DNA of 64,000 nt from an uncultured bacterium (GTDB taxonomy: Bacteria > Patescibacteriota > Minisyncoccia > UBA6257 > GWB1-50-10). Below the pieces are notes generated by a model. It did not search any database, had not been told where the DNA came from, and worked only from the letters and a program-made list of their open reading frames with translations. Positions 38,376-45,041 of this stretch are shown in pieces. The stretch's first letter is position 1; every line of letters begins with the position of its first letter. Both the position numbers and the translations under genes were made by a program. The stretch covers positions 8,230-72,229 of the forward strand of contig CAVYJB010000002.1 of the NCBI GenBank assembly GCA_963768835.1, given 5' to 3'.

Positions 38376-38879
38376 TTACTTCTTTAGGAGAGGAATGTCG
38401 TATTGTCCGATGGAAATGGGGTCTTTGTACGATCCATACAGCGGAAAATCATTGGCAGAAAGGTGCCTTAGGTACTGCCGCGTGATGGTCTGCTGAGCCG
38501 GATGAATCTGGATATCATTCCTGGGCGAAGCGAAAAAATGAGATCGATGGACCCACTCCCTCTGGACGGTTTCGTGCTTTGGGATGAAGGGAAGTTCCTC
38601 CACCAGCCGCCCCTCGAAAATGTAGAGGAACCCAAGCTTCTCCTGAAGAGAAAAAAGTCCGATGAGCCGCGTGGGCTTGACCACGACACAGCCCTCTTCG
38701 AATGCCTCCCGCACCCCCGTGTCGAGAACGTTCTCGGTGGCGGGGAAAATCGCTTCATGTGGTCCGCCTCCGGGAAGCGAGAGCTTCGTCTGCTCCTTGT
38801 CGCGCGCGAAGAGAATGTGGTCGTCTTTCATCACAATCAGAAACACGCCGACCTCGTAAATGTTCCGGTTAACAGGCAT
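38376..38879 (-). CDS. Nudix hydrolase
   Basis: Nudix box LPGGGPHEAIFPATENVLDTGVREAFEEGCVV. Confidence 0.7.
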   Translation of the reverse strand: MPVNRNIYEVGVFLIVMKDDHILFARDKEQTKLSLPGGGPHEAIFPATENVLDTGVREAFEEGCVVVKPTRLIGLFSLQEKLGFLYIFEGRLVEELPFIPKHETVQREWVHRSHFFASPRNDIQIHPAQQTITRQYLRHLSANDFPLYGSYKDPISIGQYDIPLLKK

Positions 38880-39001
38880 GGAAACTCTCCTTCTGTAGGG
38901 AACGAATCAGGTAAAACAACTGGCTACAGTAAACCAGAACCGGGTTCTTTTATCCAGTCGGAGAAGGGAATGAAAACCCCCGCGTTCCGCAGGGGTTTCG
39001 G

Positions 39002-39403
39002 TTATGTACCGCGTCGGGCCTGGTAGGCGAGGAGCGCCTCGGGCACGGACTTTCCCGCCCGCACCTGGCCGGCGATGAATTCGCTCTCCGCCATATGCAG
39101 CTCGTGGTCGGCGCCGAATCCGAGAAGCTCGCCCATGAGGCCCTCCGCCCTCGCGATCAGGTCCGTGGCGCGCTCCCGTTCGGAGACTTCGAACGACATC
39201 GAATTGATAATCTCGTCCAGCGCGAGCACGGCGGTCTCCGCAGGAAGCAATCGGCCGTCGAACCGGTCGAGGATGAGCTCGGCCTGCTCGATGCCGGAGA
39301 GACGCGAACCGAACTCCGCCTTCACGTCCAATCGGCGCGCCGCTTCCTCCATCGCCGTAGCGGCCACAAGCTCCTGATGTTCCATTCCGTTCTCCTTTTC
39401 CAT
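39002..39403 (-). CDS. hypothetical protein
   Basis: ORF only. Confidence 0.35.
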   Translation of the reverse strand: MEKENGMEHQELVAATAMEEAARRLDVKAEFGSRLSGIEQAELILDRFDGRLLPAETAVLALDEIINSMSFEVSERERATDLIARAEGLMGELLGFGADHELHMAESEFIAGQVRAGKSVPEALLAYQARRGT

Positions 39404-39405
39404 TA

Positions 39406-40845
39406 TTAGTGAATGATCCTCCTGCAGTATAGGTTGAACTTCTCTCCCCGGTCAAACTCGTTCTTGAACTTCTCGAAACTCGCGGCCCCGGGGGAAAAGA
39501 GGACGACGGTTTTGAGCGCATAGCGCTCGCGCTTCAGTCTGCTCCGGACGGCGTGGATCATCGCGCGAAGCGTCCCGAACGCCTGCGGCATTCCGGCGCG
39601 GAAGTAGCCGATCCGCCGGAGCTCACGGATCATTTTCAGAGTCGCATTCCCCTCGAGGAGAAAAAGGTTGCGGGGCTGCACGTGGCGGGCGACCACGCGC
39701 GCCCACTCTCTGAATTCAAGGTCTTTATCGGTACCGCCCGCAAGGAGAAGAACCTGGCCCGCGCCCTCGGGCGAGGCCGAAAACCGCCGGAGCGCGGCGA
39801 TGGTCGCGTCCGGCGACGTTCCCGCGGAATCGTTCACGATCGTAAGGTTCCTTCGTTGAAGCACGATCTCCTCGCGATACTTGATCTGCGGGAGGGTCGG
39901 AATGCGTCGAAGGAGCGTCCTCCACGGGGCGTCGGCGAGCCGCGCGGCAAGAAGCGCCGCAAGGAGATTCGAAAAGTTGTGGTCGCCCCAGGCTTCGCAC
40001 TGTGCGACGAGCTTGGAAGGAAGGATGACCCGCGCACGGCCGTTCTCCCGGAAATAGACCCGGCGGCGGTCCAGAAACATCCCGTTCTTCCCCTTGGGGA
40101 GCGGCATGAGGGAGAAAAACCACGTTCGGGCTTTTGGCCGTTTCTTCAGAAAGAACCTCGTCCACGCGCTGTCCATGTTCAGAATAAGATGATCCTTCTT
40201 CGTCTGCCGGGAAAAGATGTTGGCTTTCGCGGCGGCGTATTCTCTCATGCCACGATAGCGGTTCAGATGATCGGGGTAGACATTCGTGATCACGGCCACC
40301 GCGGGACCCCGCTTCGACTGCGGCAGGAGCTCGAGCTGCCACGACGAGAGTTCGACGACGGAGGGCTCGCCCGGCTTCAGAGAATCCAGGAGCTTCAGCA
40401 GCGGCAGATCCGAAGACGAATTTCCGCCCGCCCGGGCGCCTAGAAAATGCCCAATCCAGTTGGCCGTCGTGGTCTTCCCCCGAGTCCCCGTCACCGCGAT
40501 GACCGGATTCCGGACTTCATCGAAGAAGATGCTCGCGTCGTTCACGATGCGCTTCCCGGCCCGCCGCGCGACCCTGAGGAAGAGGCTTGTTCGCGGCACC
40601 GCAGGGTTCACTACGATCAAATCGTGGGTCCTGAAGTCACCCGGGTTGTGTCTCCCCAGTACGAACCGAATCCTCCCAGCGTCTTTCCCGAGCGCCTTGA
40701 TCGACGCCGCGAGCTTCGCACGCGTCCTAAGATCGGTCACAGTGACCTTCGCACCACGCTCGAGGAACCACCTTGTGGTCGCTAAACCACCCCCTAGTAC
40801 CCCAAGGCCCACAACAAGAACCTCCTTTCTTCGAAACTCATCCAT
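39406..40845 (-). CDS. murD: UDP-N-acetylmuramoylalanine--D-glutamate ligase
   Basis: Mur ligase N-terminal Rossmann (VLVVGLGVLGGG), ATP-binding GTRGKTTT. Confidence 0.85.
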   Translation of the reverse strand: MDEFRRKEVLVVGLGVLGGGLATTRWFLERGAKVTVTDLRTRAKLAASIKALGKDAGRIRFVLGRHNPGDFRTHDLIVVNPAVPRTSLFLRVARRAGKRIVNDASIFFDEVRNPVIAVTGTRGKTTTANWIGHFLGARAGGNSSSDLPLLKLLDSLKPGEPSVVELSSWQLELLPQSKRGPAVAVITNVYPDHLNRYRGMREYAAAKANIFSRQTKKDHLILNMDSAWTRFFLKKRPKARTWFFSLMPLPKGKNGMFLDRRRVYFRENGRARVILPSKLVAQCEAWGDHNFSNLLAALLAARLADAPWRTLLRRIPTLPQIKYREEIVLQRRNLTIVNDSAGTSPDATIAALRRFSASPEGAGQVLLLAGGTDKDLEFREWARVVARHVQPRNLFLLEGNATLKMIRELRRIGYFRAGMPQAFGTLRAMIHAVRSRLKRERYALKTVVLFSPGAASFEKFKNEFDRGEKFNLYCRRIIH

Positions 40846-40920
40846 ACGGTCTTAATCTTACTATATACAAAGCCTCGTTTCGGATCCCTCAGCGGAGGGC
40901 ATCAGAGCCTGCGTGAGGTA

Positions 40921-40955
40921 ACAAAAAGGCCCTCCGATTCCGAAGAATCGGGAGG
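40921..40955 (-). terminator. intrinsic terminator ending the cassette array
   Basis: 13-bp near-perfect hairpin ggcctcccgattc/gaatcgggagggcc, then TTTTTGTT on minus strand. Confidence 0.7.
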
Positions 40956-40984
40956 CCTTAAACCCTTCTTTATAAGGTTGGTTA

Positions 40985-41305
40985 TTAGCGAAAATCCCTC
41001 CTCGAGCGCGCGATTGATAATGCCATGTAAAACGAGGCGGCAAGTCCGAGTACCACAACGAACAGCCGTCCAGTAAGGGAAATAGGCGTGGACGTGGATA
41101 CGGAAATATAATGCACAAGTGAGAGCGTAGCACAAAGGCAGGCCAGGAGGAGTACAACGAGGGTAGCCCGGAGTGTCCCTCTCAGGTTCCGGTTGCACAC
41201 CGACTGTGGGGTCAGCGGATCCAACGAAATGAATAACCCTACGGTTATTACGAGAAATGCCACCGCGAAGAATAGAACACTGAGTAGTTCGGCATATTCC
41301 AACAT
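40985..41305 (-). CDS. small membrane protein, cassette 1
   Basis: 3 TM helices; SD GGAAGGAG; preceded by repeat A. Confidence 0.5.
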   Translation of the reverse strand: MLEYAELLSVLFFAVAFLVITVGLFISLDPLTPQSVCNRNLRGTLRATLVVLLLACLCATLSLVHYISVSTSTPISLTGRLFVVVLGLAASFYMALSIARSRRDFR

Positions 41306-41360
41306 GTGTCTACTTCTCCTTCCGGTTCTTGTGATTGGGCCAGTGAGAAATGACTGGACA

Positions 41361-41428
41361 CAACCTAACACTCGTCGTACTAACCTGTCAATCTCCGGGG
41401 TCCCCTAGTGGAGGGTGGTAGAACCTGT
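41361..41428 (-). repeat. array repeat A (promoter TTGACA-N18-TGtTAGGTT plus conserved upstream segment)
   Basis: shares ggggtcccctagtggagggtg(g/t)tagaacctgt with copies B, C, D. Confidence 0.7.
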
Positions 41429-41453
41429 GTGGGGGCTTAGAAACATTTCCACG

Positions 41454-41490
41454 ACAAGAAAAAGAGCCAGTCCGCATTGCGAACTGGCCC
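41454..41490 (-). terminator. intrinsic terminator of cassette 2
   Basis: hairpin agagccagt...actggccct then TTTTTCTT on minus strand. Confidence 0.5.
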
Positions 41491-41515
41491 TCTTGGACCG
41501 TGATACCCATGAACC

Positions 41516-41830
41516 TTAGGCAAGAAAGACGGACAGCTTCCCTAGGAGAGCTCGTATGTCCTGTTCTCCAGTGGATGTCACCAATGTATCCTTGTAGAAA
41601 CACAGATGTCCGTGCTCTTCGCAAAACTTGCCGAGCAGTTTCCAGTCGTAGTCCAAAATACTGGACGCACGGACTATCGCGGGTTCATCTTTTGGGAGAC
41701 CCTCGATGGTTCCATCCCACCACTGCGCTTCCAGACGCACGTCTAGTCTTTCGAGTTCCTCGAAGAGTGCAGGCGAAAAGGCCGCTGAGCTCTCGAGCGT
41801 GACGTAGTATGGAAACATGAATACTTTCAT
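41516..41830 (-). CDS. hypothetical 104-aa protein, cassette 2
   Basis: SD AAGGAGG; no motifs. Confidence 0.5.
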   Translation of the reverse strand: MKVFMFPYYVTLESSAAFSPALFEELERLDVRLEAQWWDGTIEGLPKDEPAIVRASSILDYDWKLLGKFCEEHGHLCFYKDTLVTSTGEQDIRALLGKLSVFLA

Positions 41831-41866
41831 ATCTTCCTCCTTGTTAAATGACGTAAGGCTGAAAGC

Positions 41867-41950
41867 AAGCTAGCACTCATTGTGCTAGTTCGTCAATCTG
41901 AGACTCGTCCGTCGGAGTTGGGTCCCCTAGTGAAGGGTGTTAGAACCTGT
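41867..41950 (-). repeat. array repeat B (promoter TTGACG-N18-TGcTAGCTT; spacer forms palindrome CTAGCAC-N5-GTGCTAG)
   Basis: best-conserved copy; begins 37 nt upstream of the ATG. Confidence 0.75.
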
Positions 41951-41957
41951 TTTAGGC

Positions 41958-41989
41958 TAAGTATAAAGGGCCCAGCAAATGCTGAGCCC
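41958..41989 (-). terminator. intrinsic terminator of cassette 3
   Basis: gggctcagc-attt-gctgggccc then TTTATACTT on minus strand. Confidence 0.5.
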
Positions 41990-42091
41990 TAACTCGTGGC
42001 CATTGGCCTTCAGACTACTCGTGTCAGCCCGCACGCCTCAGTTGCACATTCTTGCGCTCTGCTTTCTGCTTTAACCATTTCTTCGTCACGA

Positions 42092-42379
42092 CTAACCCCA
42101 TCTCCTTAACCAGTCGCTTGGAATCTGCCTCTGGTAGGGTCGACAGGACGCCACAGCCCGTACAGGACCGTTCCCTTCCTCTGGATCATCAACGCGCACG
42201 AGAGCACCGACAGACCAGAAGATGAGATTGTTAGGTCCGGAATCGATATTATGTACGGAGGTCGTGACTTTCCTTCTTTTCTTGCACACAGGACATTCAA
42301 GCAGTGCCTTCACGCCGAAATATACTTCAATCGCGCTGCCAGCTCCTGTCACGTACGGCTTCCAACTCAAGAGTTTCAT
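42092..42379 (-). CDS. hypothetical 95-aa protein with CPVC motif, cassette 3
   Basis: SD AGGAAGGAG before MKLLSWKPYV; ORF-track start 42418 lies inside repeat C. Confidence 0.5.
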   Translation of the reverse strand: MKLLSWKPYVTGAGSAIEVYFGVKALLECPVCKKRRKVTTSVHNIDSGPNNLIFWSVGALVRVDDPEEGNGPVRAVASCRPYQRQIPSDWLRRWG

Positions 42380-42416
42380 TCCGTACTCCTTCCTGATTAT
42401 GAGTAATACTGAAGAC

Positions 42417-42501
42417 AAGCTAGTACTTATTGTGTTAGTCCGTCAATCGAAGACCTCATCCGTTGGGTTTGAGTCCTTTAGTGGAGGATGTTAGAACCTG
42501 T
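42417..42501 (-). repeat. array repeat C (promoter TTGACG-N18-TAcTAGCTT)
   Basis: about 80% identical to B. Confidence 0.7.
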
Positions 42502-42516
42502 GTGGTAGCGATAGAA

Positions 42517-42548
42517 CAATTTAAAAGCCACCCAGTGAATTGGGCGGC
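42517..42548 (-). terminator. intrinsic terminator of cassette 4
   Basis: gccgccca-attcact-gggtggc then TTTTAAATTGTT on minus strand. Confidence 0.55.
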
Positions 42549-42606
42549 TTAATACAATAGGCACTGAATCCGGTGGCTCTTTGGGATCCGTGAGGTTCGC
42601 GTGTAG

Positions 42607-42855
42607 CTACGGAGGAAAGTTTGACCCCGTGAGATTTCGCGGCTGATCGAATCGTTTCAGAAACTCTTCCAGATTCATGTCGTCGCCGATAAGGCCGGGC
42701 GCCCACCCGAAGGGATGGGGGTCAGCCACCATCAGCTTGTCGAACTCCGCTTGGGTAAGAATTCTTTCCGGTTCGCTCATTTGATGGCTACCGGCTCCGA
42801 CAAAAGGAAAGCCGACCATGAGCTCCTCGTTGACGTAGAACACGTCAGAATTCAT
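42607..42855 (-). CDS. hypothetical 82-aa protein, cassette 4 (second gene)
   Basis: 4-nt overlap with upstream ORF. Confidence 0.45.
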   Translation of the reverse strand: MNSDVFYVNEELMVGFPFVGAGSHQMSEPERILTQAEFDKLMVADPHPFGWAPGLIGDDMNLEEFLKRFDQPRNLTGSNFPP

Positions 42856-43085
42856 TCTGAACGGCGCGGAGAGAGAGTCTCCCAGACTTTTTTGAGAAGG
42901 TTGGGTTCAAGGGTGAACACCATGCGTTCCTCTTCTCGAACAATGGCAGGGAAAGAACCCATAAGACCGTGGACGAGCTCGAGGTAGTAGACTGCCTTGA
43001 GCTGGTATCCCGGCGTCTTCTCGGCGAACAGCTGCTCGAGATTCTTCGGCACTCCCGGAATCGGATTTCTGTTTCGTTGCGGCAT
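42852..43085 (-). CDS. hypothetical 77-aa protein, cassette 4 (first gene)
   Basis: SD AAGGAGGT; follows repeat D. Confidence 0.45.
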   Translation of the reverse strand: MPQRNRNPIPGVPKNLEQLFAEKTPGYQLKAVYYLELVHGLMGSFPAIVREEERMVFTLEPNLLKKVWETLSPRRSE

Positions 43086-43133
43086 ATATACCTCCTTGTA
43101 AAGTGGAAGTTGTTCTGGATACAGCTGCTCACC

Positions 43134-43208
43134 ATACTAGCTGCCTTCTGAAGAATGTAAAGCTGTCCGTCGGGTCTGGGTCCCCTAGTGGAGGACGTTA
43201 GAACCTGT
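43134..43208 (-). repeat. array repeat D (diverged promoter TTTACA-N16-TAGTAT; conserved upstream segment)
   Basis: retains gggtcccctagtggaggacgttagaacctgt. Confidence 0.65.
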
Positions 43209-43338
43209 TTGGGGTAAAGAAAGAGCGGCCCTTTGTGGGGACTGCCCTGAAAGCAGCGTCTCGCTTCAGTCGTTCAGCGTGTAATACTGCGTATAAGGAG
43301 CTCGGCTCGTCCGACAACGCATCCTCGTGTCCCACCCA

Positions 43339-43722
43339 TTAGGTTAGCCGACGTCGCACGAATCCGACGCTCTTCACCCGATAGTCGGGCGCGACATCAC
43401 GCTCGGGATCGTTCTCAGAAAAATCGATCTCGATCTTCCGCCCGTCGGGATATCCTCTATCGAAAAGGTGTTCGTTCAGACGTACTAGACCCTCGTAGGC
43501 TGGAGTGCAGTCCTCCATCACCCAATGCAGAAGACCGGTATCATCTTCTAAGAGCGGCTCTTCCGGGGTTAGCTTCGAGAACGTTAACTCCCTAATCTCG
43601 GGAATGGTGTGGACTTCCACGTACTTACCAATGAGAAGATCAATTACTTTCTCGGTCAACACATCGCTTCCCTGAAGCTTGTCCAGGAAGAATACGTAGG
43701 GCGTCCGGTACTCATCCAGCAA
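43339..43722 (-). CDS. hypothetical 127-aa protein, cassette 5 (second gene)
   Basis: ORF only. Confidence 0.45.
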   Translation of the reverse strand: MLDEYRTPYVFFLDKLQGSDVLTEKVIDLLIGKYVEVHTIPEIRELTFSKLTPEEPLLEDDTGLLHWVMEDCTPAYEGLVRLNEHLFDRGYPDGRKIEIDFSENDPERDVAPDYRVKSVGFVRRRLT

Positions 43723-43780
43723 TGCCTTCTGCCCCTCTTCTCCTATCCGCTCGGAACCGAGGATTTCCTTTCGCGCATCC

Positions 43781-44245
43781 TTAATCTGGGGATGCGTTCA
43801 GGAAATTATCTCGCAATTCGAAACCGCTCCCGAAACGGTCGGTCAGGTGAACTAGTAATTTGAAGGAGATCTCCGCCGTGCAGATGTTCCATGCGAGCAC
43901 GAGCGGCCCTGAATATACGTTGGGTTCCTCCGTCTCGACCTGAGTAAAAAATGGGCAAGTAGAAGAACTTGCCGATCCGCTCATACATCCTCCCGGCGAC
44001 CGGTAGAAGAACCTGAAGAGCTGGTCCTTCACGTCCGCATTGTTGAACAAGGGAGTAAGTGCGGCATGCGCTTCTGCAAGCAGGCGAGAGAGCGATTCTA
44101 CCGCAAACAGGACATTTTTCAGAAGTGCCCGCCTTTCCTTGTTCCAGAGAATCTGTTCCTTCCTTGCCTTGCTGGAGAGTCCCCGTAACGCCGTCTGTAC
44201 CCTCTCCTCGATCAAGGCTCCCGACGCCGGAACTGTTGTTGTCAT
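43781..44245 (-). CDS. hypothetical 154-aa protein, cassette 5 (first gene)
   Basis: SD AAAGGAG; follows repeat G. Confidence 0.45.
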   Translation of the reverse strand: MTTTVPASGALIEERVQTALRGLSSKARKEQILWNKERRALLKNVLFAVESLSRLLAEAHAALTPLFNNADVKDQLFRFFYRSPGGCMSGSASSSTCPFFTQVETEEPNVYSGPLVLAWNICTAEISFKLLVHLTDRFGSGFELRDNFLNASPD

Positions 44246-44292
44246 CGCCCGACTCCTTTCAGTGATATGTGTGATGTAATGCTGCTACTACG

Positions 44293-44356
44293 AACCTAGC
44301 ACCTAACGTATCCATCGGTCAAACTCTTCAATGAAAGGTTTGGTTCTCCCCTCAGG
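44293..44356 (-). repeat. array repeat G (promoter TTGACC-N18-TGcTAGGTT; T-arm-like part replaced by a terminator)
   Basis: retains cctgaggggagaaccaaacc similar to cactaggggacccaactcc. Confidence 0.55.
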
Positions 44357-44357
44357 G

Positions 44358-44388
44358 ATATATAAAAGCCGCTGGGGGTACCAGCGGC
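44358..44388 (-). terminator. intrinsic terminator of cassette 6
   Basis: gccgctgg-tacccc-cagcggc then TTTTATATAT on minus strand. Confidence 0.6.
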
Positions 44389-44391
44389 GTC

Positions 44392-44610
44392 TTAGTGTTC
44401 CGGCATTTTCAATGGTACGTCAATGATGCATTGAGTCATCGGTAATGCGATCCTGGAGCTCATGAATCGCCCTCCGACACTCGGGAGAACACGCATCAAA
44501 CTCCTCCATGGTGAACCGGAGAAGCCAAGGATTGCCTTCTCCATCGGCATGCCTTCTCCCCGTGTCTTGTAGTGACGGCAATCCCTGTTATCGCACATAA
44601 AACGCTCCAC
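44392..44610 (-). CDS. hypothetical 72-aa Cys-containing protein, cassette 6
   Basis: GTG start with SD GGAAGG. Confidence 0.4.
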   Translation of the reverse strand: MERFMCDNRDCRHYKTRGEGMPMEKAILGFSGSPWRSLMRVLPSVGGRFMSSRIALPMTQCIIDVPLKMPEH

Positions 44611-44691
44611 GACCTTCCCGTGCTCAACGATGTAATATTTGATGGTACACCTCTGTCAGTGTTAGGGTTGTTGGATATTTGTTCTAACAAG

Positions 44692-44735
44692 AAGCTAGCA
44701 CTCGTCGTGCCAGTTCGTCAAACAGTTGGTCCCCC
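44692..44735 (-). repeat. array repeat E (promoter TTGACG-N18-TGcTAGCTT; upstream part truncated)
   Basis: agctagcactcgtcgtgccagttcgtcaa matches B. Confidence 0.65.
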
Positions 44736-44928
44736 CAAGCTACCCAAAATACTTTTCTAATACATCAAAGTAATCGCTCCCGTCGTCCACTTCCTTATAG
44801 TCTTTCCTGTCCACCCATCGAAATCTATCGTGCTCGTCGCTCAACCTTAATGCGCCAGAGATATATTTGCACCTAAGCGCCACGAGATAGACCTCTTTCC
44901 CGTAGTTCCTATGACCCTCAGGGAACTC

Positions 44929-44972
44929 CCGTCCGTCGGAGTTGGGTGGGTAACGGGATTCGAACCTCCTTC
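44929..44972 (-). repeat. tRNA 3'-end-like remnant (T-loop GGTTCGAATCC + GTTACCCACC), possible att-site relic
   Basis: exact GGTTCGAATCC 11-mer on minus strand followed by acceptor-like GTTACCCACC; no matching 5' acceptor strand, so not an intact tRNA. Confidence 0.5.
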
Positions 44973-44975
44973 AGG

Positions 44976-45009
44976 AGTATACAAGACGACCCTGAAGAAT
45001 CAGGGTCGT
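44976..45009 (-). terminator. intrinsic terminator downstream of hppA
   Basis: 9-bp stem acgaccctg/cagggtcgt, loop ATTCTT, then CTTGTAT on minus strand. Confidence 0.5.
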
Positions 45010-45041
45010 TCTGCTGGACAGAGTTTTCGATTCGAGCCCGG

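Noticed and set aside
41867-41950. CIRCE/HrcA heat-shock operator
   Set aside because: Half-sites TAGCAC/GTGCTA resemble CIRCE, but the spacer is 4-5 nt rather than 9. The right half is simply the extended -10 (TGcTA) of the promoter. The Hsp20 gene has no such element.
41361-44735. Integron-type attC sites / CALIN interpretation of the array repeats
   Set aside because: The repeats lack the R''-L''...L'-R' terminal inverted-repeat structure and GTTRRRY cores of attC. They contain complete promoters, whereas integron cassettes are promoterless. No intI or attI was found, and each unit has its own terminator.
41361-44735. CRISPR array
   Set aside because: Repeat units are 85-95 nt and imperfect, spacers are 0.5-1.5 kb and protein-coding, and no cas genes are present.
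44929-45030. Intact tRNA or tmRNA gene at the array edge
   Set aside because: The T-loop and 3' acceptor-like strand are present, but no complementary 5' acceptor strand or D-arm could be found. The anticodon-like hairpin has a 6-nt loop with a 9-bp stem and fits an intrinsic terminator instead.
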